DNA of 64,000 bases from Perna viridis (taxonomy: Eukaryota), in contig CM074519.1 of the NCBI GenBank assembly GCA_037379345.1, forward strand, positions 30,282,103 through 30,346,102, in the 5' to 3' direction. The position numbers and the translations under genes are program-made. The notes beneath the pieces were generated by a model. That model worked only from the letters and a program-made list of their open reading frames with translations, did not search any database and was not told where the DNA came from. Shown piece by piece: positions 12,501 to 24,500 of the stretch. The number at the start of each line of letters is the position of its first letter. The first letter of the stretch is position 1.

Positions 12501-15500
12501 AATAGCCAGACCTGGTTAATACGCCACAGGTTCACTAGTTGGTAGGCTTTCATGTCGGGCAAATGTAAACACTGTTTTACTATTAGACAGATGTTACAAG
12601 TTTCAGCATCCACCCTTCACATTTCAACGTGTGATAAACTACTATATAAGGCAAGATTCTAGCGGAAATCAAAAGAATGTAATCCATGGAGGAAGACTAG
12701 ATAGAAAAAATAGACACACACAACAAAACAAGAAACACCAAAAATAACATATACAACTCGGACTCCAATCAAAAGTGAGAGTATAGACCAGGTGTAAGCG
12801 TCCTCTACTTACAAAAACCCACCAAAATGCTCATGAAAAGTCAGTCCATGGTAGACGAAAGAGGAAAGGAACACAATGACACGGTAAACAACTTGGATCT
12901 CATGTTGAGGATGAAAACGCCGTAACAATCCACGAGTTCGGCGAAGCACTCGACGTTCAAAATCGTATGCTGACGTGTGCTTTAGTTTACAACCATTTGT
13001 TAATTTCAAAAAAGGGATAGGACACAAGTTTCGTGTTTCAACGCGTTTGTAACGTATTTAAAAAATGCTCCTAAACTATACCAGCATGTAAGTATACAAT
13101 CATTGTATGCATATCATGTTTGATAAAACACTTGAAAGTGATCTCTCTTATTTTTTTCAATAAAACATTGTATGCAAATAGCAATAGCTGTTGCGTATCT
13201 CTGTAGAAATGTTGAGAATTTCCTTCTCAGTCAATTTTTTTTAATTTAATTTGGTCAAGTATAACCATTGTTTTATGTTTTTGTTTTGCATTCCTTTTTC
13301 AATGATCACATTTAATCAATCTGACCAATTAATATTGACTCTGCCTCGACAGTATTTAAATGTCTCATACATTTTGTAATATAAGGAGAATTAATGGAAA
13401 GAGTGAATATATCAAAGAGACAACAACCCCACCAGGATGACAAATATCAGCTAAATTCCACCCTTTGGTCTTCAATGAAATCCTCACACTACTTGGGAGG
13501 CTGCAGCTGGCAACAAAACAACATTATACACAAGTACAGCAATATGGTTGCATCTATATACCCCAGCAACAGAGAGTAAATTGAAAGTGAAAACGAAACA
13601 AGAATGCAGAGGTCAGAAATGTCTGACTTGGGACATGTGCAAGAAATGTGGTGGGGTTTGAGTACTTTGGTGTGATCACAGCCAATCCCATTTTAAAACT
13701 GGCCACCGATGAAAAAAAAAATTGAAATATTCAATCATACCTAAAATCAGTTCAAAATTAAAAGGTCTGAAAGTTTGGTTTGGCAGGTATAAACCGATAA
13801 CGTATAGTTCCATTCTACTATAAATGAAGTACGGAAAAAAATCCACTTAAACATCCAGAAAGTAACACAAAAATAATACAAGCATATGTTCTGTTATATG
13901 TTACGCAGGATTTTTTTATATATAAAGTATACATTTTTGTTTGTCTTTTGTCATTTAAGAGGACACGATTTAGAATATATTCTTACAGATTTTAACTTTC
14001 GAACTGGATTCGTACTTAAAGATTAAAAAAATCCATTTTTTTCATAAATTCTATGAAAAACGTTTATCATACAATAGCGTGCTTGATTTCGGAGGCGAGG
14101 TGGAGTCGTTAATGTATGTTGGACTTTTTACCTACGACGCGGAGGAGTGTTGTACTTAAGCAACGAGGCGGATAGTGTCGTACAGAAATATCCTACATAC
14201 AGCCTTTAATTACAATTTCACGATTTCATACTACCTCGTTCTGACCGAATATCAATTCCTTTCCACCTTTTTGTGTCGTCTTCTGCTTTCAAGTTTACAA
14301 TCGCATCTGAGGTTCCATTCGAAATAAAGACGCCTGTACAGAATATGAACGTTTTCATCGTGAAAGTTTTATAATATGCGTTTGTCTAGATACATAATAA
14401 ATTATAATATTTCTATATTTTATTTCCTTTCGAAAAATTAATGTGTAGCGATGTATAGTTTCATTATATTTAGTTCATGTTTAATTTCTATAGACATATT
14501 TTGTTTTTTTTTCTCGTTCGTTTTGTGTTCAGAAGTAAAGTTTTAAACGGTTTTCAAAAAGAAAAATGAGGAAGTACAGTATTAATGTACCTAATCAAAT
14601 ATTGCTTTCAGTCTTCGATTATTTTAGTTTTGAAAATCACTTAGAATTTTCAGTTTTTTCCCCTTACCGTATTTACGTATATGTGTTTTACTTTATTGTA
14701 CGGTGTACCTACCATGCACTACTACTCCAAGATCCTCTTTAAAAAAGATCTCTACCCCAGCCTCTAGTATCAATGATGTTTTTTCAGGAATGACTATATT
14801 GGAAACCGCTAAATAAGGGCTACCCGCTTTTCTTAGCACAGTATCTTTATCTACATTGCCACCGATTTCCCCAGATGAATGTACAAATTCTGCTGTTTCA
14901 TTCCTGATATCGCTGAAGTTGTTAGATCCTAAGTATGGCTTGTAGTTTACGTCAAACAAAGTGTCATCAAAATCGTGGTCAAAGATAAATTTGTCAATAG
15001 TTTTGACATCCGTCGTTCCCCAGTAGTTCAGTGATGCATTAATCACTAAGCCCGAGTTATCCAAAATTCCAGGAATCACCTTAACGTTATATGCAGCAAA
15101 AGCGCTGTCAAATACATTATGATGTATGTTGATATTCGCAGAGTTTATCAGCACAACAGTTCCGGTGTTGTTTATGAATGCATTTCGTAAAAGGTCAATC
15201 GATGAATTCCCTAAATTCATTTGCATCAATGTGATGATTCCGTTGCCGTTATTTTCTGAAAGTTCATTTCCGGATATCACAATACTATAGAACCGGAGGG
15301 AAATTACAGATATATTAATGCATTTAGCGTTTTGTGCGAAAATATTGTTTTCGATGTCCATAGAATAAACAGGTGCATTGATTTCAATAGATACTGTTTT
15401 TGTTTTCTGAAATGTGTTGTCGAGGATCGATAACTCTCCCTGTGGGCTTGTGTTGGTGTCTGCAACAATGCACCCTCCAAGAGATATCGCCTCGCTTCCA

Positions 15501-18500
15501 CCAGTAAAACTATTATTAAGGACTTCAATTTTTTCCACTTTTGATATTGTTTTAAGAATCGAGCCAACATTGCCTAGGATTATAAAGGATGATCGACGTA
15601 ACGCACTATTGAAATTTGAAGAACATAATTCAAACTTAAACATATCGTTCCTGACTGTCTTAAACGCACTATCATTACATTCGAACATTACATGAACCTG
15701 ATCGACTTGTACGTGCTGCTCCGTTATGCGAAACAAATACCCTGTCTCACTTGAAAGTTTACTTTCTGTTATCCGTATTGTAATGTTACCCTTTTTATTT
15801 ATGTGTAAATCTGCCAAACCTGTCTGTGTTGTTACGTAAGAGTTTTGTATGAGAAGAGTAAAGTCCTCTCCTCTACTGTATGCCTCTATAAGTCTGTTTG
15901 TTTGTGTCACAGTGCTGCTTTCTATGTTAATTATCGAAGGGGCACTTTTAATGACAGAAACTTCGATACAATCAGACAAATTTGAGCCTGCAATCTGTAT
16001 ATCTACAATTGAAATAAATGAAAGGCAAACTTGATAAATAAGACGACATCGGGACATTGATTAAAGACACTGTGTACAACATATGTAAATGTAACTGATT
16101 TAAATGAATTATGTAAACTTAGAAATGATTGCGTGCATTCATAATTGCAATTTTGTCATTTATATTGCAAGCTTTTATTGAACATGGTAGGACCTCTCGG
16201 TGATGTATTCAGCTTCTTATTTCGATAGTTTGTTCAGAGTACTTCTTGTATACAACTAAATTTTGGATAATGATTTTCCTACTTCTCGAATTATAATGCT
16301 GCTGAAGAGAAGTTACTCTTGTTCAAGAAAAATAAGATTTAATTTGACTAAGAAAAATAAGATTTTGTTGAATTACATACATTTTTGTGGTTTTAGTCCT
16401 AATATTTCCTTGTACTTTTGATCAAAATCCTCTGTTTTAAGTTTCGAAACTTAAGCGTTGCATACTTGGTAATATCAAGAACTTGATTTGAATTATTTGA
16501 ACCATTTATCTTCTTCGGTATAAGGAGCTGATAGTTTGCGCCACTATTTCACAACAGACAATGACAATCAGACGACATTGTAAACTAAAACAGAAGATTA
16601 CACCGATAATAGTTTATTCTGGCAGCCTGTTTCCAATCGCAAAATCGTTTTATGGAATAAGAATGCAATTTCTATATATTGTCACAAAAAAAATACATTG
16701 TTGTATATATATTCCACACAAAATATTAGAAATGAAACCGGGGAATGAAACCCTTGTGGTTACTTTTTAATACCTGAACTATACACATGAATGCCATTCC
16801 ACTTTCCTTTGCCAGTTTCACCTCGTATGGTTGTTGTAACCGTAGAATTTCCGATATCGAGTGGTCCTTAACAGACAAAAACGTGTGTACAGTAAATATG
16901 ATAAGATGTTGCTAACCATAAATTTTATACTGTTTCAAATGAAAGTATAAGTCATTGTGCGACTGTTATAATTAGACAAAAAGTCTTCATCTGCCCCATT
17001 ACAGAAAACAAAACAAAAATTGACAGACCTAAATTTTCATGTTTTTTTTCTTTGTTATTTCAAGTTATGACATAATTTACAAATCCACAAACATTTTCTT
17101 TATCTCTAAATAAGTACTGTTAAACATATTTTTTTGCAAAGGCATGGGCAACAAAAAGAAATAATAACAATAAAAAATAATAACGCAAAATAAACGCGGC
17201 AGTTGAAAAGATACCTTGTAATATAAATCCTCTCTTTGGTTGCACTATTAAAATTCCCCCACTGATATTAAATCTTGATGTCTTGTTGACAATAATTGTG
17301 CGATTTACGGACACCTTCTCACTTTCAGTAAGTGATAACACAAAATCAGACTCAATGACCCCACCAATAATGGTAAATCCTAGCTCCGGATCATAGTGAC
17401 GACTGAAAATATCTGCTGCCCTTACGTCATTTGGTGATGTCATTTCCGAAGTCAAGTATATCATATCAGTCAACACACGACCTTTTGTAGAATCAATGAA
17501 AACGTCACAAATTTTGCTTTTTACTAAATGTACATTGTCCGTTCCCCAGAAATTATAGCTAGCAGTAATATGCTGGTCTTTATCGAATTTTTCGCCAATT
17601 TTAAGTAGGCAAGTTGCTTGAGTGTTGTTTATAAAACTATTATAAGACATAGTGTGTCTTAGGTCCGTTTGAAGGTACACCACAGTTGGTACGCTGCTTT
17701 CTTTAAAGGTGTTTTTCGTAATGGACAGGATAGAGTTCATCGACAAGATTGCAGATTGTTCCACACCATAGACGTTGTCAAACGTGTTATTTTCTGCAAT
17801 GATGTTGACAGGTGTTTTGGAATTCCCCTTTATTTTGAGTCCACCCCTAACGTTACTCAGGATATTGTTGGTTATAAAGGCATCACTTCTGACCCCAAAC
17901 CTAAGATAGACAGGGTACTCATGGTGATATTTATGGTCACGGATAATGTTGTTTGAAATTATCAGGAAGATAATTAGATTTGCATTATTGAAGTACGAAG
18001 AATACTCTAGGTAAACTTGCTGATGATAATTTCCTTTAATCACATTGTTGTCAAACAAATGACTTAAGTTGGATGAACAAGTCCAACAATGATATTCTAA
18101 ATAAACACCGGAATATCCGTTTAACGTAACTTCCGAATTCGAAACATTCACCTGGATTGGGAAATTAGTAAAGGATGTACTTAGATGTATGCCATATCTA
18201 CCATTCCTTGAGAATGTCGAATTTTCCAAAGATATCGATATAGGGAGTCTATCGGAAGAAACTAATCCAGCGTGTTTATTACCATTCAAATAACAATAAT
18301 ACAGCTTGAGCTCAGTGTATGCAGTATCGGTTTTGTCCCAATTTTCTATAACAAATCCGTGATTTTCATTCCAACTAAAATCTGATTTTTCAATATAAAT
18401 AGATGGTCGTTCTTGAACTCCAATCAAATATATGCCATAATTGTTGTACATGGATTTGGTATTAGAAACGATAGGGGAAGACGCGTTTTGACCATTAACG

Positions 18501-21500
18501 GATTTGCTTTCTGTTCCTCCTGATATTTTAATTCCTGAGTAACAACCGTAAATTAAAACGTGGTCGAGGCGAATTCCGAGTCCATCGCCCTGTACCCCTA
18601 CTGATGCTTGACGAACTGTTGTATGTGTCAGAGTTATATTTCCTGAAAGATGCATTTAAAAATCTTTAAGAATTGACTCAAAATGCTATTGGAAATATGT
18701 GAGAAAAGTTTTTCTCTTCGAAACGCGAACCTTATTCGTAGAGACAACCATGGTCACATTACCTTAACTACATTATAAATTGAGACCTTAACGACTCAGT
18801 TAACTAAGATGTTTTTAATCCAAAGAGTATGAATTAAGGGAGGACGTATGATGATTAGTTTACTGTAAAGCGAAGCCAGGCTGAAAAGGTCTTTTGAGAA
18901 AAATTTTGGAAAATCACAAATTCAAGCAAATAATATACAATTTGTCTAATCTTTGAGTTTTGTTTGTTTTTTTTTCGGGGGGAAGGGGGTGGGGTAATAT
19001 ATTTTTGTCGATTTTAGGGGCAAACGTTTCCTCAACTATCCCCCTTTTGAATCAACTACGGAATAATATAGCTGTTTGTGTTAATTCGTTTGTACCTTTT
19101 TTGTTGGTAAATCTAAGCCGTGAACTTTTTTATTTTTCCACTTGCAGTACATAAATGCAGGATGTAAATGCTTATTTTAATTCTATTAGAAAGGCAATAT
19201 AAAACTGTTTTTCAATTTATTTAGACATCCGCTTTCGTTATTTTTTACCTTAATATGTCAAAATTGCAAAAGTTCACATTTTAAATTTAATTTAATCAAG
19301 GCGTCTCAATATTTTTTGTTAAATTTGCAATATGTATATATAGTTACATCATGTGCTAATGTTCGCGCTCTAGATTTACTTACGAGGAAGTATCACTCGG
19401 TTAATGAAAGCTATATTTTATTTGGCCGAGTGGTCTAGAGCGTTGGACTTAGTGCAGACGGTGTTGACATAGATGTCAGTGAAGAGAAGGGGTTCGAATC
19501 CCGCAGAGGGGGCGACCATTTTTGCATCGCAAATTTGCAACCTCGCATCGTTCCTAGAGTTGGGGTGTAGTTTAGACTTGATTAGAGAGAGAGATAAGAG
19601 AGCAAATTAGATTAAAGTATTTTTTATTCCCATACAGCACATTTTTTTCAAGTCTGTTTCTGTAGCGAGAACTCATTACAAACATTCATTACACACGTTA
19701 CTACAAGAATACCAACCTCCAATCTTTCGATGGACACCGTTCCAAAGACCTTTCATGTTCAGCACAGGAAAGTAAGTCTGTTTCTGTAGCGAGAACTCAT
19801 TACAAACATTCATTACACACGTTACTACAAGAATACCAACCTCCAATCTTTCGATGGACACCGTTCCAAAGACCTTTCATGTTCAGCACAGGAAAGTAAG
19901 TCTGTTTCTGTAGCGAGAACTCATTACAAACATTCATTACACACGTTACTACAAGAATACCAACCTCCAATCTTTCGATGGACACCGTTCCAAAGACCTT
20001 TCATGTTCAGCACAGGAAAGTAAGTCTGTTTCTGTAGCGAGAACTCATTACAAACATTCATTACACACGTTACTACAAGAATACCAACCTCCAATCTTTC
20101 GATGGACACCGTTCCAAAGACCTTTCATGTTCAGCACAGGAAAGTAAGTCTGTTTCTGTAGCGAGAACTCATTACAAACATTCATTACACACGTTACTAC
20201 AAGAATACCAACCTCCAATCTTTCGATGGACACCGTTCCAAAGACCTTTCATGTTCAGCACAGGAAAGTAAGTCTGTTTCTGTAGCGAGAACTCATTACA
20301 AACATTCATTACACACGTTACTACAAGAATACCAACCTCCAATCTTTCGATGGACACCGTTCCAAAGACCTTTCATGTTCAGCACAGGAAAGTAAGTCTG
20401 TTTCTGTAGCGAGAACTCATTACAAACATTCATTACACACGTTACTACAAGAATACCAACCTCCAATCTTTCGATGGACACCGTTCCAAAGACCTTTCAT
20501 GTTCAGCACAGGAAAGTAAGTCTGTTTCTGTAGCGAGAACTCATTACAAACATTCATTACACACGTTACTACAAGAATACCAACCTCCAATCTTTCGATG
20601 GACACCGTTCCAAAGACCTTTCATGTTCAGCACAGGAAAGTAAGTCTGTTTCTGTAGCGAGAACTCATTACAAACATTCATTACACACGTTACTACAAGA
20701 ATACCAACCTCCAATCTTTCGATGGACACCGTTCCAAAGACCTTTCATGTTCAGCACAGGAAAGTAAGTCTGTTTCTGTAGCGAGAACTCATTACAAACA
20801 TTCATTACACACGTTACTACAAGAATACCAACCTCCAATCTTTCGATGGACACCGTTCCAAAGACCTTTCATGTTCAGCACAGGAAAGTAAGTCTGTTTC
20901 TGTAGCGAGAACTCATTACAAACATTCATTACACACGTTACTACAAGAATACCAACCTCCAATCTTTCGATGGACACCGTTCCAAAGACCTTTCATGTTC
21001 AGCACAGGAAAGTAAGTCTGTTTCTGTAGCGAGAACTCATTACAAACATTCATTACACACGTTACTACAAGAATACCAACCTCCAATCTTTCGATGGACA
21101 CCGTTCCAAAGACCTTTCATGTTCAGCACAGGAAAGTAAGTCTGTTTCTGTAGCGAGAACTCATTACAAACATTCATTACACACGTTACTACAAGAATAC
21201 CAACCTCCAATCTTTCGATGGACACCGTTCCAAAGACCTTTCATGTTCAGCACAGGAAAGTAAGTCTGTTTCTGTAGCGAGAACTCATTACAAACATTCA
21301 TTACACACGTTACTACAAGAATACCAACCTCCAATCTTTCGATGGACACCGTTCCAAAGACCTTTCATGTTCAGCACAGGATAGTTAGATGACAATGTCA
21401 CCAGTACGTCTTCTACTCCGATTGTCAATAACATTCCTGAGAGGTACATGTAAATTAAGAGTAATATCATTTCATTATTTCGAATTCGCAAAACGTTAGC

Positions 21501-24500
21501 TGAAATAAAATGCTTTATTATGGGAAGAGAAGAACAAAATAAAACAAGTAAGCTAGCACTGAATGTAAGGAAAATTTCACAACAAAGAATAAAATATAAT
21601 GTTGCTAAACATGTGATAAAAGACTTCATTAGAGAAGGCATTGATAATGAGAATTAATTCTCACGAGAAATGAAAATTATAACTTTAAAAAAACTATGAA
21701 CAATGCCCACTAAAATGATATCCCCTACATGTATGTCCCATTAGATAACACACACCTCTTCGCGTGCACATTTATTTGGATCATAATCTAAAAAAGGAGT
21801 GTATAACAGGAATATCTAATAAAGACTGTGAAAGTTTCATTGAATGATTTAGGAGTAGTAACGGATAAGATGGGTACCCTTGATTTTCTATATAAATGAA
21901 TGACGAAGTCCATGTTTTGTTTTATATAACTTACAAAGAGATTAGGAACAAAATCGGAAGTAGAAGGTGGACAATCAGAATATGTAATAAAGAATTCATG
22001 AAAGTTTCAGTGATGTTGGATAAGTACGAGATAGTTATCCCTCTGCGTAACAGAGGATGTACAGACGCAAGAAAGAACGCGGAACAAAGGACGGACATCC
22101 CTATCACTACATACCCCCACTCTGCAAAAAGGGATGTATATATATACAACGTCTCAGAATGTGACGACTCTATTCTCTACACTGCTCCATCGGATCAACT
22201 TGATACAGGGAAGATAACGTAAACTTATGGAAGTGTCTGAAAAATTTCCAACGATGTTAGAACTGTCAAATTTGCGAAGCAAATTTTTGTCGTTCCCTCC
22301 GCGGGACTCGAACTCATACCGCTGTGGCATCTATGGCAACATCGCCTGCACTAAGTCCAACGCCCTAGACCACTCGGCCAGCTAGGCTATATAAAATGTA
22401 GCTTTCGCTGGCCGGGTGATTCCTGTCCCGTACTACCATACATCATGTACTAAGTTACAGCCCTAGATTAATCCTACGAGGAGGAATCACCCGGCCAGCG
22501 AAAGCTATATTTTATATAGCCTAGCTGGCCAAGTGGTCTAGGGCGCTGGACTTAGTGCAGGCGGTGTTGCCATAGATGTCACAGCGGTACGAGTTCGAAT
22601 CCCGCGGAGGGAACGACAAAAATTTGCTTCGCAAATTTGACAGTTCTAACATCGTTGGGAATTTTTCAGACCCTTCTATATATATATATATAATGGGAGG
22701 TATAAATCAAAAAGAAAAGATCTAATTCCAAATTTTTTTACCTCGTTGAAATATGACAAATTTTTGTACAAATATATACAAAATAGCTGGATACCTCAAA
22801 TATTGGATTTAATCAACCGTGATAGGAAGTGAACCAATATTAGACACTTAACACTTATGACTAAGTTAAAACATTTTTAGATCTTATATTGATATTTTGT
22901 CTCCCGCAGTGGGGCTGTCGGATCAAGAGGAAGGGTTCCAGAGGGGGATAGAACCAAATAATACCATGTAAAGAAATACTTTGACTTTTTGTGTGTACTA
23001 AAACATAGCGGAACTCGATTGAGGAAAATGTTATGGCATTTCTGTGTTTTTAAGAAGAAAAAAAAAACAACTTACAGCAAAGTTGTTTTTTTAACTGATA
23101 TAACAATATATAACACATCTTTCTCTATCTATCTATCTGCTACATTGTAACTCGACGCGGTAGCATATTATATATATCATACAGCACCAACACACCTTTA
23201 AGGGTATAACATTTTTACATACCATACACGTCAATTCCAGCGTCCATAGTTGTAAATATGACTGATACCCCAGCTTGGATTTCCAGTGTGGCGAGAGGTC
23301 GTATTTCTATCCTTTTTTCTATTACAATAGGGCTCTGGTTAGGTATCCACACTGTATTTGTCTACAAATATATATATATAAGGGTCTGAAAAATACCCAA
23401 CGGTGTTAGAACTGTCAAATTTGCGAAGCCAATATTTGGTTGTTCCTTCTGCAGTACTCGAACTTGTAAAAAGTAGTTGTTCTCCTTTGTATATTCCGAG
23501 TGATCGTCGCTGTTCAATATAATTAATTAAGTGTTAGTAAATAAGTATGTATCTAATTTGTCAGTTAGGTTTTGTTGTATCTAAATATGCGTTTGTTTGA
23601 CTCCTTTCCTACAAGCCTTGAAATGACCATTCATCCATTAAAAACAATTCTGACAAATTATTAGAACAGGTGTAATACATATACATGTATACTTAACATT
23701 TATGATGCTAAATGTATGAAGAAAGGTGGATTTTTAAGTGCCCACCTTACCATTAACTACACTGATGTGTATGATCCGAAGTCATTTTCTTTTCATGTTA
23801 TATTTAAACCCGGATTTTTTTTTAAAAGTGGACAATGAAGAAGTCTATACTGAAAAAATGTAAATATTTTTGTTGCAAAATCTTACTGAACAGTAGCGGA
23901 TCTTGAGACTTTCAAAAAGTTGTTCCATTCTATAATGCCATTTGGTCAGATCACCAAAATTTGGCACGACATTTACAAAGTTGTTATTAATAAAGGATGG
24001 GATTTCATCCCCACCGACCCTCTCCAAGAACCACCACTACTGCAGTTGTTTATAGTTCGATCAACAAATGAAACAACTTGCTGCAACAGTTCAATGTAAT
24101 TCATGGCGACTGTTTCTATGTCAATCTTCTAACCATTTCAACCCCTAGTCATAGCAAACAATCAAACTTTTTTTTTAATTTTTAAACCTGGAACTTTGGT
24201 GTATATTCCACCAGATTTAAAACAAATGCGAATTTTACTCTCTAATACGAACTAGATATTCTAAAAATAATGATATTCTGATGCTTTGAAATTTCTTTTT
24301 CCAATTATATACAATATAAGAGTTTGTCGCAATGTAATCGTAAACATTCTTTCCCGTCTGCAGCCCTAAAAGAAATTAGATAATATTTATGATAAATGAC
24401 TATACAAAATCTTCTTTTTTCATAGTACACGAATTCTTCGTTCGTTCCACGATTTTCCCATCAGAACTTGAGTAACTTACATTTATGTCTTCATTGATAT

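Noticed and set aside
19650-21381. CRISPR-like array, or a cluster of 61-aa genes
   Set aside because: Units are fully identical with no unique spacers, the context is a eukaryotic intron, and the ORFs are by-products of the repeat.
22474-22530. Hammerhead ribozyme (GAAA followed by a stem)
   Set aside because: No CUGANGA core and no correctly placed UH cleavage site.
22520-22612. Functional tRNA-Leu gene
   Set aside because: A and B boxes are present, but the anticodon and acceptor stems do not close, and the sequence is part of a dispersed repeat.
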